64,000 nt of DNA from a virus (taxonomy: Duplodnaviria > Heunggongvirae > Uroviricota > Caudoviricetes). Below, piece after piece: positions 49,614-59,152 of this stretch (position 1 is the first letter of the stretch; every line of letters begins with the position of its first letter). A program made the position numbers and the translations under genes. The DNA lies in the IMG/VR virus record IMGVR_UViG_3300006204_000001. The stretch is one strand, 5' to 3'. Under the pieces are notes generated by a model. It was not told where the DNA came from, did no database searches, and saw only the letters and a list, made by a program, of their open reading frames with translations.

Positions 49614-51908
49614 TTAACGAGTTACAACTCCTGCTAATGGAACCCATCCAGGTGCCTTATTACCATAACCAAAATTTGGATCATTCTTATATCCTTCATT
49701 ATATACAAATGATACTCCTGTAGCTACATTTATATACAATACTTGATTTGTTACATCTATTTCTTTACATACAGATGATTCAGGATCTACTCTATAATCA
49801 GTAAATTTTTGATCTGGTCTTGGATCTCTTTGATCCTTATGAATATAAAGTTGAGATAAAGCATTAGGATTATTTGTTTCTACACCATCTGGATTACGAG
49901 CAATATTATCAAGCATACTATCCAATGTAAATTTATAATAATTATTGAAATTATTAGTATCATAATTAGAGAATAATAATGCCTTTATATCGCATGGTCT
50001 TTCTACACCCATAGGTCCTTGATCAACCCATTCACCAGTAAACACTTGTATTCCGTCTTTAATTACCCATGTAGGATTTTGTGTATTAATTACATATCTA
50101 AATAGATGTACATGTACTCCAGCTGTTGCATTGCCTCCATGTTCATAAAATGCTACTGATGATGTATTAGGATTAGGTATTGGACCACCTCTACCAGAAT
50201 TAATTCCACTATATGCTGGACCTGCAGCTGTTGATCTAATATTAATTATCCCTCCTTGAGTATCAGGAGTATTTACATCTGACCATAATGATTCATTATC
50301 GGATCTTACAGATGGTGTAATATCAACATATGCATATAGATTATTTTTTATCTGTGTAGCATTACATTCTATAGTAGCTTTACATGATACAGATAATAAT
50401 GCACCATGACCAACTCCACTCATATTTGAGAATGGTAATCCTACTCCATGTGTACTTGGATCTTGTTCGAAAACCCTTTCTTTTTCTATTATATATTCAC
50501 CTGATTGAATTTGTCCATTGGATCCAACTGTCTTTACAATATAAATGAACACATCATCACCAAAAGACCATCTTAATTTATCACCAATTTCATATTGTAA
50601 TCCTGATTCAACAATGTTAATTTTTATATTTTCAGAATAATATTTAATAGATACTCTATTATATCTCCATTGATATAATTGACCACGTTGAAATGGTTGA
50701 TTTGTTGTGTTTAATTTTGCAAATGGAACAGGTTCACTATTTTCAATAACAATTTCCATATTAACTGGATTTAATGGTTGAGCAAGATAAGAATCATTGT
50801 ATGTATATCTATCAAACCAATTTGGTGACCATTTACCATCAAATGAATAATAAAATATGTGTCGTTTAGCTCCAGGTGTTTCATTATGTATCATAGGAGT
50901 CATAGTTTGATTAACTAAATCCACTCTATTCAATTCATCTAATGATCTAAATATACCTGGTAAATATCCTGCTTCATGTTTAACACCACAAAAATCTTGA
51001 TTAGCTCCATATGAATTAATTGGTTCACCCAGACGATCACCTTTTCTACCTAATTCTAAATCAACTCCTAAATCAGGTTGTTTGTTATATTGATCATTAC
51101 CATCACATTCACCATAATTCGGTTCACCTTTTAATCCTATCCTTTTATTGGTTATAAAGTCACCACCATTCTTATCACGCGATATTTCAGGATAAACGAA
51201 AGTACGATCATCAAGATTATCTAACATATATCTATTAGAATTAGTAAAATTATTATCAGTATGACGATAATCTGGATCAGATACAAAGTCAAGATCATTC
51301 ATTAATTGTGTTATTCTTGTAGGTATATCCCCTATTCTTGCTACTGTTCTTTCAGGTAATCTATCTTTGATTTGTCTTGTCTCATTGTTAACATAATTAG
51401 GATCATCATTACTATATAAATATGCTCTACCGTCATATGGATCGAACACCATTCCTGCCATTCTATTATCTGTTTTAGTAACCATATCATGATCATTAGA
51501 TAATCCATATCCTTCTTTTTCTGGTATAGTTGCATTAGCTCCTATATAAGTTCTATTTACTACTGTACTAATAGAATCAGAAGACATAGATTTATCCCAT
51601 TCTTCTATGTTATGAGGTAAACCAAATACTCCACTATCATTAGTTATACCTGCATAACCATGATATGCATTATTATCTGGAAATGTACGGATTTCCATTC
51701 TTTGGTAAATACCTCTATTATGTAATTCACCTGTATATTTATATAGCAATTGATTATCATAAAAATCAGTATCGGTATTAGGTTTTAAATTCCATCTCAA
51801 TCTTTCCTGACGTAACATTTGTCTTATACCATCAGGATTTAAATAACGTAATATTTCTTCTGGTGTTGTTCCTATCTCTTCACCACTTGGAAGAATTGAT
51901 TTTCCCAT
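49614..51908 (-). CDS. Putative virion structural (tail/baseplate-associated) protein
   Basis: 764 aa, G/N/P-rich, preceded by AACA-N6-TA motif. Confidence 0.5.
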   Translation of the reverse strand: MGKSILPSGEEIGTTPEEILRYLNPDGIRQMLRQERLRWNLKPNTDTDFYDNQLLYKYTGELHNRGIYQRMEIRTFPDNNAYHGYAGITNDSGVFGLPHNIEEWDKSMSSDSISTVVNRTYIGANATIPEKEGYGLSNDHDMVTKTDNRMAGMVFDPYDGRAYLYSNDDPNYVNNETRQIKDRLPERTVARIGDIPTRITQLMNDLDFVSDPDYRHTDNNFTNSNRYMLDNLDDRTFVYPEISRDKNGGDFITNKRIGLKGEPNYGECDGNDQYNKQPDLGVDLELGRKGDRLGEPINSYGANQDFCGVKHEAGYLPGIFRSLDELNRVDLVNQTMTPMIHNETPGAKRHIFYYSFDGKWSPNWFDRYTYNDSYLAQPLNPVNMEIVIENSEPVPFAKLNTTNQPFQRGQLYQWRYNRVSIKYYSENIKINIVESGLQYEIGDKLRWSFGDDVFIYIVKTVGSNGQIQSGEYIIEKERVFEQDPSTHGVGLPFSNMSGVGHGALLSVSCKATIECNATQIKNNLYAYVDITPSVRSDNESLWSDVNTPDTQGGIINIRSTAAGPAYSGINSGRGGPIPNPNTSSVAFYEHGGNATAGVHVHLFRYVINTQNPTWVIKDGIQVFTGEWVDQGPMGVERPCDIKALLFSNYDTNNFNNYYKFTLDSMLDNIARNPDGVETNNPNALSQLYIHKDQRDPRPDQKFTDYRVDPESSVCKEIDVTNQVLYINVATGVSFVYNEGYKNDPNFGYGNKAPGWVPLAGVVTR

Positions 51909-51928
51909 TATTTTAACCTCTCTTTCTA

Positions 51929-51940
51929 TAGTAAACTGTT
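51929..51940 (-). promoter_or_regulatory. Putative late promoter AACA-N6-TA
   Basis: AACAGTTTACTA upstream of 51908. Confidence 0.5.
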
Positions 51941-52030
51941 ATAAAGCAGTAATAAAAATTTCTAATATATATTATTAATGAGATATAAACTATTATTAAA
52001 ATTTAATTTTATAAAAGGAGGAAATAATAT

Positions 52031-52681
52031 ATGGAAGGTAAATTTATTGTTTTTGAAGGTATAAATTCATGTGGTAAAACTGAAATAAAAAATAGAATTT
52101 ATCATAGAATGATATCAGAAAACTATCAAGTTGAAACTAGAGAGGAACCATCTCATGATACTCCTATAGGTAAAATGACAAGAGAATTATATTTATCTGG
52201 GAAAAGATATCATGATCCTATTATATTAGGACATTTAATATCTATAGATAGGTATGAAAATACTGTAGATCCAAATTTTGGTACATATTGGAAGTTACAA
52301 AAAGGCATTAATATCTTACAAAGTAGAAATTATATTTCTACATGTGCATTGAATTGCATGGGTAATACATTATCAATTGAAGATTGTGCAAGATTAAATG
52401 AAATTACTACTAATATACTACAACCAGATCTTGTATTATTTTTAGATATTGATTATAAAACTGCTAAAGAAAGATTATCTAAATATAAATATCATGATGT
52501 CCATGAAAAGGATGAAGATTTAAAGTTAAAAGATCTTATTGATTCATATAAAAAAGCAGTTGATTTTTTACAATATAGAGATAAATTAGATATTGCAATT
52601 GTAAATGCTAAATTATCTATTAATGATGTAGAAGAAATATGTTGGAACTTAATAGAACCTATTCTAAAAAAGGAGGAATAA
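52031..52681 (+). CDS. tmk: Thymidylate kinase
   Basis: GKFIVFEGINSCGKT P-loop, REEPS, DRYE, QPDLVLFLD. Confidence 0.9.
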   Translation: MEGKFIVFEGINSCGKTEIKNRIYHRMISENYQVETREEPSHDTPIGKMTRELYLSGKRYHDPIILGHLISIDRYENTVDPNFGTYWKLQKGINILQSRNYISTCALNCMGNTLSIEDCARLNEITTNILQPDLVLFLDIDYKTAKERLSKYKYHDVHEKDEDLKLKDLIDSYKKAVDFLQYRDKLDIAIVNAKLSINDVEEICWNLIEPILKKEE

Positions 52682-52686
52682 TACCA

Positions 52687-53370
52687 ATGAATATTACAAT
52701 TGGAGAATTAGTCAACGTATTAATTCCTTATACAAGTAGAATTGAAGTATTATACATTGATACTATACCTATTATAAAAGCATATCTTCAAAGAAGAAAT
52801 ATGGTTTGCAGAGCTTTAATGTATATTGCTCAAACAAATGAAAATAGTTATACAGTTATTGATAATTGTGATGATATTAATAATCGTATTTATTTATCTT
52901 CTAATAAAGAAAAACCATTTGTAGTTATTAAAGAAATAATACCCCATGTATTTAGTATGAATACAATGGATTTTCCAGAAGATATTTCTATAAAAAAAGA
53001 TATTAGATATACAGAATTTATAGATTATTTATATCAAAGATTGTTTTATTATGGTATTATAAAATTCAATCCTAAATATTTTAATACCATTATAACACAA
53101 GATATGAATATTAATAGTAATAAAATAAAGAATATAATCAATAAACGTTTTAAAGAGAATAATAAACAAGGCACAATTAGAGATCTAATTGAAATTGTTC
53201 ATTATAAAAAGAAACCATTTGATTTAGAAAATTTGAAACCACGTGAACTTGGATGTGTTACAGGTAAATTGAGAGATATAGGTTTATCAGTTACAGTAGA
53301 AAACAATGTCATTATTGATATTGAAATACAAATAGAAAGGAATGAAATAAAATATGAATCGAGAACTTAA
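52687..53370 (+). CDS. Hypothetical protein
   Basis: ATG 52687 after AAGGAGG. Confidence 0.7.
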   Translation: MNITIGELVNVLIPYTSRIEVLYIDTIPIIKAYLQRRNMVCRALMYIAQTNENSYTVIDNCDDINNRIYLSSNKEKPFVVIKEIIPHVFSMNTMDFPEDISIKKDIRYTEFIDYLYQRLFYYGIIKFNPKYFNTIITQDMNINSNKIKNIINKRFKENNKQGTIRDLIEIVHYKKKPFDLENLKPRELGCVTGKLRDIGLSVTVENNVIIDIEIQIERNEIKYESRT

Positions 53371-53632
53371 AATTGGAGGATTGTATCACCATTTTAAAAA
53401 AGAGAAAGATCAGAATTATAGAGTTATAGGTGTAGCATTACATACAGAAACAGAAGAAAAACTTGTTATATATCAACAAGAATGGGGAGATCGCACTGGA
53501 TTATTTGCTAGACCATTAGATATGTTTTTATCTGAGGTTGATAAAGAAAAATATCCTAATGTAACTCAAAAATATAGATTAGAAGAAATAAAAGAAGATG
53601 ACTTAATTTTGGAAGGTGAAAGTAATGGATAA
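53354..53632 (+). CDS. DUF1653-family protein
   Basis: GLYHHFK...YRVIGVALHTETEEKLVIYQ...FARPLDMFLSEVD...YR. Confidence 0.85.
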   Translation: MNRELKIGGLYHHFKKEKDQNYRVIGVALHTETEEKLVIYQQEWGDRTGLFARPLDMFLSEVDKEKYPNVTQKYRLEEIKEDDLILEGESNG

Positions 53633-53918
53633 TATTTGTAGAATTGATTATAAGAAGGCATTAGAAACAGGGGGAATTACAATGGCAAATTTATTAACTA
53701 CGAACAATACAGTTGTTACATATACTAATGAACGACCAAGAATGAAATTAAATCCTGATCTAGATGTTACTATACCTATTATCAGTTCTATTGCTTCAAA
53801 TAATGGAAGATGTCCATGGATATTTGAAGCTAACTCAACTATTGATGATCACTGCCCATGTCCTATGATGTTAGTTCATGGAAAATGTGTAGTTGATCTA
53901 TATATAGAAGATAAATAA
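53625..53918 (+). CDS. Ferredoxin:thioredoxin reductase catalytic-subunit-like protein, degenerate
   Basis: KLNPD...NNGRCPW...CPC...GKCVVDLY versus family pattern G.CPC...CPC...G.CHC.L[YF]. Confidence 0.6.
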   Translation: MDNICRIDYKKALETGGITMANLLTTNNTVVTYTNERPRMKLNPDLDVTIPIISSIASNNGRCPWIFEANSTIDDHCPCPMMLVHGKCVVDLYIEDK

Positions 53919-53940
53919 ATTTATTAAAGGAGGACTTTTT

Positions 53941-55137
53941 ATGTCAATTTTTAATCAACTTAATATCAATTTCATAGAACCTGGCTATGAAATTGCAACT
54001 ATGCCGTGTGCACACAAACATTGGGATGTATTAAAACATCTTGAAAGAATTGGACGAGTATGTTACAAATCAGAGGATAAGATCACAGAGGAATCATGTA
54101 TTAAATTTCTTGATAATATTAAAAAAAGAAGACATTGGGCTATGCTTGAACATTTTACATTTGTAATGGAAGTATCAGAAAGAGTTTATTCTGAATTAGT
54201 TTATGATATTCCAACTAAAGTAGTTCAAGATATTGATTATAATCAAAAAAGAAGATTTATTAATGTATCAAAGTATAAAGATTCAAAAGGTAATACCAGA
54301 GCTCTTGTATCTGGATCAGCTACTGCATTTAATTATCTATGGGAATGTAAATGTTTTTCAGATAATGATTCTAAAGATGCAATTCCTTTTCTATGTAAAT
54401 TTTTAAATAGTTTATATCCTGAGATTATGAGAAATCCTTGGGCTATTAATAATTTTACAGATGAAAAATTATTATCAACAAGAATGACTGCTTTGTTATT
54501 AAGTAGAGAAGAAATTGAAGCATTACCTACTGAGCAAAGATTAATCCATGATACAATGTCAGTTAAGTTTTTAACTAATATAGGAATAGCAATTGATATG
54601 TGTAGACATCGTCCTGTATCAATTGCTATGGAAAGTACAAGATATGTCAATTATGGCAACAAAGGTTATCAGTATATTGTACCAGAATGGGTTTCAGATC
54701 ATGATAGAGAAATATTAGAAGATCATGATAAATTATCTAAAATAATTGATTTACCTATAGGAACAATGGATAAAGCTTTAAGACAACAAGATGATCCATT
54801 TGATGATACTGCTGTATTGGAATGGCTATATAATCAAATGATAGCATCATTACAGTATCAACGTTGTCTTGATAAAGGATGGGTGGCTCAACAAGCTAAA
54901 GATAATCTTCCTAAAGCATATAAGACAGAATTATATATTACAGCTAATTATTATGAATGGATCCATTTCTTTAATATGAGAGCTGATACTGCTCCACATC
55001 CAGATATGAAGAAACTTACATATCCATTACTAAAAGAATGCTGTAATAAAGAACCTGATATCTTTAAAAATATTAAATGGAGAATTGAAACAGAGGAGGG
55101 AATGAAATATGCAAACAAACTCAATACAGTCAACTAG
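53941..55137 (+). CDS. thyX: Flavin-dependent thymidylate synthase
   Basis: GRVCYKS, HWAMLEH, RHRPVSIAMESTRY, AQQAKDNLP, WIHFFNMR, PHPDM. Confidence 0.92.
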   Translation: MSIFNQLNINFIEPGYEIATMPCAHKHWDVLKHLERIGRVCYKSEDKITEESCIKFLDNIKKRRHWAMLEHFTFVMEVSERVYSELVYDIPTKVVQDIDYNQKRRFINVSKYKDSKGNTRALVSGSATAFNYLWECKCFSDNDSKDAIPFLCKFLNSLYPEIMRNPWAINNFTDEKLLSTRMTALLLSREEIEALPTEQRLIHDTMSVKFLTNIGIAIDMCRHRPVSIAMESTRYVNYGNKGYQYIVPEWVSDHDREILEDHDKLSKIIDLPIGTMDKALRQQDDPFDDTAVLEWLYNQMIASLQYQRCLDKGWVAQQAKDNLPKAYKTELYITANYYEWIHFFNMRADTAPHPDMKKLTYPLLKECCNKEPDIFKNIKWRIETEEGMKYANKLNTVN

Positions 55138-55432
55138 ACAGGTTACATTACAAAAAAATGAATTTCTTACAGAGATTAAACCTGTAGGAGTATCATATAG
55201 ATGTGAATTCTGTAATGAAGGAGAAATGATATTTGATGTTAAAGCAATTATGACTAATCAAGTTATTATTGCTCCTAATCAAGCTCCGTTATTTCCTCAT
55301 ATATGTACAAAATGTAATAAGACAATGAAGTTACAAAAACAATATCCATATATTGATTGGATTAAATTGGAGGATAATAATGAGAATGAATCAACTGACA
55401 TTTCTAAAAATGACAATGAAATTAAAAAATAA
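55109..55432 (+). CDS. Zinc-ribbon hypothetical protein
   Basis: CEFCNEGEM...HICTKC...YP. Confidence 0.7.
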   Translation: MQTNSIQSTRQVTLQKNEFLTEIKPVGVSYRCEFCNEGEMIFDVKAIMTNQVIIAPNQAPLFPHICTKCNKTMKLQKQYPYIDWIKLEDNNENESTDISKNDNEIKK

Positions 55433-55685
55433 AGTATCCTGTATTCAACAGGATAGATTTACTAAGTTAACATTAAGACCAGAATTGGAAATTACTTTAA
55501 CACACTCCAATGGAAATATGCATGTAACATTTCCTCCCAATTGTGTAAGTTTTATTATTACTACTAAAAAAGATTTACAAGAGGTAATTAATATACATGA
55601 AAACAATGAAAATGTTGGAATAAAGTTAAAAGAATTTCAAAATGAAATTGATAAATATATTCAAAGTCAATTAAATGAATTTTAA
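55380..55685 (+). CDS. Hypothetical protein
   Basis: ATG 55380 after GGAGG. Confidence 0.55.
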   Translation: MRMNQLTFLKMTMKLKNKVSCIQQDRFTKLTLRPELEITLTHSNGNMHVTFPPNCVSFIITTKKDLQEVINIHENNENVGIKLKEFQNEIDKYIQSQLNEF

Positions 55686-55717
55686 ATAATAAGGGGAGAT
55701 ATCTCCCCTTATTATTT
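55684..55717. terminator. Bidirectional palindromic terminator
   Basis: aaataataaggggagatatctccccttattattt perfect palindrome. Confidence 0.8.
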
Positions 55718-55736
55718 ATTTTTTTTATTTATGAAG

Positions 55737-57443
55737 TTATCTTCCTGCAAATGGATTTATAAAATCTTCTATATCTTCTACTATACCTGATACCATATCA
55801 TTTAACCATTCTCCTGATGATAAATAATTATCAAGGTTTTTAAACATAACTTTTCGTTGTTGAGTATATGTATCTATAGAAGGAAATAAACCTGATATAT
55901 TAGCAAGATAATCATTTAATGTTTCATTAAATAAAAATGATGCTGGATCATTTGCAGGTGATATTGTCATAGAATTATATAAATCTTCTATTATAAATGT
56001 TACTTTTACCTCTAATGGAAATCCGTTTACAGATACTCTCTTTCCATTAGGATTTTTACTAATAGTCATTTCTTTTATAATACCAAGATGACATGTAGTT
56101 TGTCCTGGTATCCATGACTGAACAAGATATGGTGATGCTGTAGTATTAGCAGTAACTAATCTAGGTGATGCTAATGCAATAAGATGTAATAATGGTACTA
56201 TAATATTCATAAAATAATTATAAATGTCACCATATGGTGTAGTTAATGTTACAGTATATTCAGAATTCATACCACTAGATGTAGATGATTTATATATCTT
56301 TGGATATATCATTTTTTGTCCTTTTAATGATCCTATAGCGCCAGAGAATAGATTAGTCATAAATCCACCAGTTAATCCTTCACATAATTGTGATATTTTA
56401 GTTGTAATACCTTCTCCTGCATCTCCTAAAAATCCTATTACTGATCCAATAATTCCAGTATCAGCATTAGAATTAGTTATAAAACCAATCTCGCTACCAA
56501 TCTCATCACCTACGGCTTGTATAGCATTTGCTATAGCAGATGGTCCAACTTCATTTGATAACGTTTCATTATATGTAGACATTTCTACCATAAATTGTAC
56601 AGTAGATATTTTATTTCGTAATCCATTAGCAATAGATTTTTTACTCCATATTTCTTTTGCTTGTTGTGCCATATTTCCTAAAAAAGTTGTACCTAATGAA
56701 TTATCGATACTAGAATCATTTGTATATGATCCTAAATAATATGCTGTTGCCGTACTACCTGCACCGAACAAACTAGCAATATCATTAGCTGCTCCATCTA
56801 ATAAATGCTTTAAATATTGCCATGGTGTTAATACAGACGATGTTCGTAACATTCTATAATTTTCCCATTTTATGTCAGAAAAATCACTCATATTATTTTC
56901 TTCTTCACCTAAGAATGTACCATGTGGATATTTAGTATTTTCTGATGCTGTTAATCCTAAGAATATTGCTACAGATCTACACATGTAATTTACATGTTGC
57001 ATATAATCATAATAAGTTTCTCTAAATCCAAACATTCTTCTTTGTAATTTAGATCCTTTTCCAAAAATAGTATTCTTTGCTAATTCTCTTAATAAATTTA
57101 ATACATTACTATTATTGGAATTCTTATCCCAATATAAACCTTTAATCATGCTGACTAAATCAGTATTATTATCACCACCTGTATATTTAGGCATACCTGG
57201 TTTAATATATAATATTGGACTATTTAACATAATATTTTTCATATATTGATAACCTAAACTACTATTAACATCTTCAATTCTCATATCCACTTGATCCATT
57301 AATTGAAATGGAGCACCAAATACTCTATTTGTATATTGATTTACAAATCCTCCAAATACTATATTACCGGTTTCAGGATTTTGCCTAATAAGTCCTTCTG
57401 TTTGTTCTAATTCTTTATTTACTATTTTAGCAATTGTACTCAT
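55737..57443 (-). CDS. Putative baseplate/tail-tube-associated structural protein
   Basis: 568 aa; C-terminal YTVTL...SPYLV...GII..MTI..K...GFPLEVKVTF..EDLY tube-initiator-like strand pattern. Confidence 0.5.
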   Translation of the reverse strand: MSTIAKIVNKELEQTEGLIRQNPETGNIVFGGFVNQYTNRVFGAPFQLMDQVDMRIEDVNSSLGYQYMKNIMLNSPILYIKPGMPKYTGGDNNTDLVSMIKGLYWDKNSNNSNVLNLLRELAKNTIFGKGSKLQRRMFGFRETYYDYMQHVNYMCRSVAIFLGLTASENTKYPHGTFLGEEENNMSDFSDIKWENYRMLRTSSVLTPWQYLKHLLDGAANDIASLFGAGSTATAYYLGSYTNDSSIDNSLGTTFLGNMAQQAKEIWSKKSIANGLRNKISTVQFMVEMSTYNETLSNEVGPSAIANAIQAVGDEIGSEIGFITNSNADTGIIGSVIGFLGDAGEGITTKISQLCEGLTGGFMTNLFSGAIGSLKGQKMIYPKIYKSSTSSGMNSEYTVTLTTPYGDIYNYFMNIIVPLLHLIALASPRLVTANTTASPYLVQSWIPGQTTCHLGIIKEMTISKNPNGKRVSVNGFPLEVKVTFIIEDLYNSMTISPANDPASFLFNETLNDYLANISGLFPSIDTYTQQRKVMFKNLDNYLSSGEWLNDMVSGIVEDIEDFINPFAGR

Positions 57444-57522
57444 TTATATTTCACCTCGTATCATTATATAAATATTAAGATAAGGGTTTAAAGATAAAAT
57501 AACATAATGGGATATAATCCTA

Positions 57523-57687
57523 TTATGTTATTATTTTAAATTGTTTATTAAATCTATCATAGCATAATGCTTGTAAATATGTTGGTTGTCCAGTAAGATA
57601 AGGATTTGGTTTTATTCTATAAAAATTACAAGTTGGAATACTACTAGTTGGACAATTATATCCTAATCTAAAAATATCACATTGCAT
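57523..57687 (-). CDS. Possible 54 aa ORF or gene remnant (MQCDIFRLGYNCPTSS...)
   Basis: Open frame extends ~26 codons upstream of the ATG, no RBS; ends within a hairpin. Confidence 0.25.
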   Translation of the reverse strand: MQCDIFRLGYNCPTSSIPTCNFYRIKPNPYLTGQPTYLQALCYDRFNKQFKIIT

Positions 57688-57742
57688 AATTTTTGATATT
57701 GCAACTAATAATTGTATTTCAGTTAATGAAAAGTATCTGCTA

Positions 57743-57753
57743 TATATATTCCT
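57743..57753 (+). promoter_or_regulatory. Putative early promoter variant
   Basis: TATATATTCCT ~50 bp upstream of 57802. Confidence 0.45.
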
Positions 57754-57801
57754 AAATACATAGTATCAAATTATTAAATTATAATAAAAGGAGAGAAAAC
57801 A

Positions 57802-58995
57802 ATGAATGCAAAGTTTGAAAGAAATGATCATGTTATAATTAATAAAGGAAAACATAAAGGTGAAAAAGCTGTTATAGTTGATAGACTTATACCAAATGAA
57901 GATACAGGTAAATCCGCATATATTATCAATTATAATAGTAATAATATTAAATTATTTGAAGAATATCTTGATAAAGATTTAGAATATGTAGAGCCTGAAA
58001 AAGATGTATTCTTAGAAAGTTTAAAACCAAAGGAATATATTCCTAAATACAAAATGGGTGATGTGTTAGATGGACCAGATTGGGATCCTAAATATAGAAA
58101 AAGAAGATTATCTAGAAGATATGTTATTCAAGAATGTATTGAAACTATAAAAGAAGATGGTAGCAGTGAATTCTCTTATCTCGTAAATTGGAATCATTCT
58201 TATATGGAAGGAATAACATATACATTTACAGAAGAAGAATTATTTGATTATAAATATACAGATGAAAATTGGTGTGAAGTATTTACAGAGCATATGAATA
58301 ATAATTTATCTGAATGGAGAGGAGAATTATATAATTATGATATAATTTATAATAATCTAACAAATAGGTTTGAGCCAGCAGATAAAGTTACAATGGATGA
58401 ATATTCGCCTGAAAAATATACACTTCCGATTAAACAATTAGATCATATAATGAAAAGGCATACAATATGGTGGAGAGGTACTCTTATAATGAATAATAAA
58501 GATAAAAAACACCAAGAAATGAAAAAACATCTATTCGAAAAATTCAATTTTAATAGTTATGATGAAATGGAAAATTTCTTTCAGATTATGTGTGATAAAA
58601 TAGTTTCTCGTAATAGAAGTAAAGATATGTCAAATGAACAATTAAAGAATTTTGTGCCTGAAAATAAATGTGGCTTTACCACAGATGAAATTAATTTTGC
58701 TTTAGAAATTGATAAAATAGATGAAGAGAATGGACGAAAAATAAGCCATTTTCCATTAGAGATGACATCATTACAAATAATGAAAAACATTTATGAAGCA
58801 TATCGTTTTTGTAAGAAGCAAGGTAAAAGACAGATAGTGAAAATTGCAGATGAATCTAAAGGTAGTCTTCCTGCACCTGAAAAAGGTAAAGTATTATACA
58901 GAGGAATGAGTCAAGAACTTATAATTGACTTTTGGTATAATTTTGATTATGACATTATAGAAATAGCATATCCTGTTAGTAAAAGATATTATTAA
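57802..58995 (+). CDS. KOW/SH3-like domains fused to a C-terminal EndoU-like nuclease domain
   Basis: HVIINKGKHKGEKAVI (KOW-like); DHIMKRH...SHFP...IYEAY...YRG...IEIAYPV. Confidence 0.55.
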   Translation: MNAKFERNDHVIINKGKHKGEKAVIVDRLIPNEDTGKSAYIINYNSNNIKLFEEYLDKDLEYVEPEKDVFLESLKPKEYIPKYKMGDVLDGPDWDPKYRKRRLSRRYVIQECIETIKEDGSSEFSYLVNWNHSYMEGITYTFTEEELFDYKYTDENWCEVFTEHMNNNLSEWRGELYNYDIIYNNLTNRFEPADKVTMDEYSPEKYTLPIKQLDHIMKRHTIWWRGTLIMNNKDKKHQEMKKHLFEKFNFNSYDEMENFFQIMCDKIVSRNRSKDMSNEQLKNFVPENKCGFTTDEINFALEIDKIDEENGRKISHFPLEMTSLQIMKNIYEAYRFCKKQGKRQIVKIADESKGSLPAPEKGKVLYRGMSQELIIDFWYNFDYDIIEIAYPVSKRYY

Positions 58996-59002
58996 TAAAA
59001 TA

Positions 59003-59031
59003 AATAAAGGGAGATTAAATCTCCCTTTATT
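59003..59031. terminator. Intrinsic terminator
   Basis: aataaagggagatt/aatctccctttatt followed by a T-run. Confidence 0.8.
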
Positions 59032-59152
59032 TTTTATCATATTATATTATTTATATAAGGTTTATAATAATTATAATAATTTATATCTGATTTATATAAT
59101 GCTAATATTTTATAATTATATGTAATCCCATATATGGGAACTCTATTATGAT

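Noticed and set aside
59032-59150. Extremely AT-rich intergenic stretch as a replication origin
   Set aside because: Lies between convergent genes, has no iterons, and AT-richness is genome-wide.
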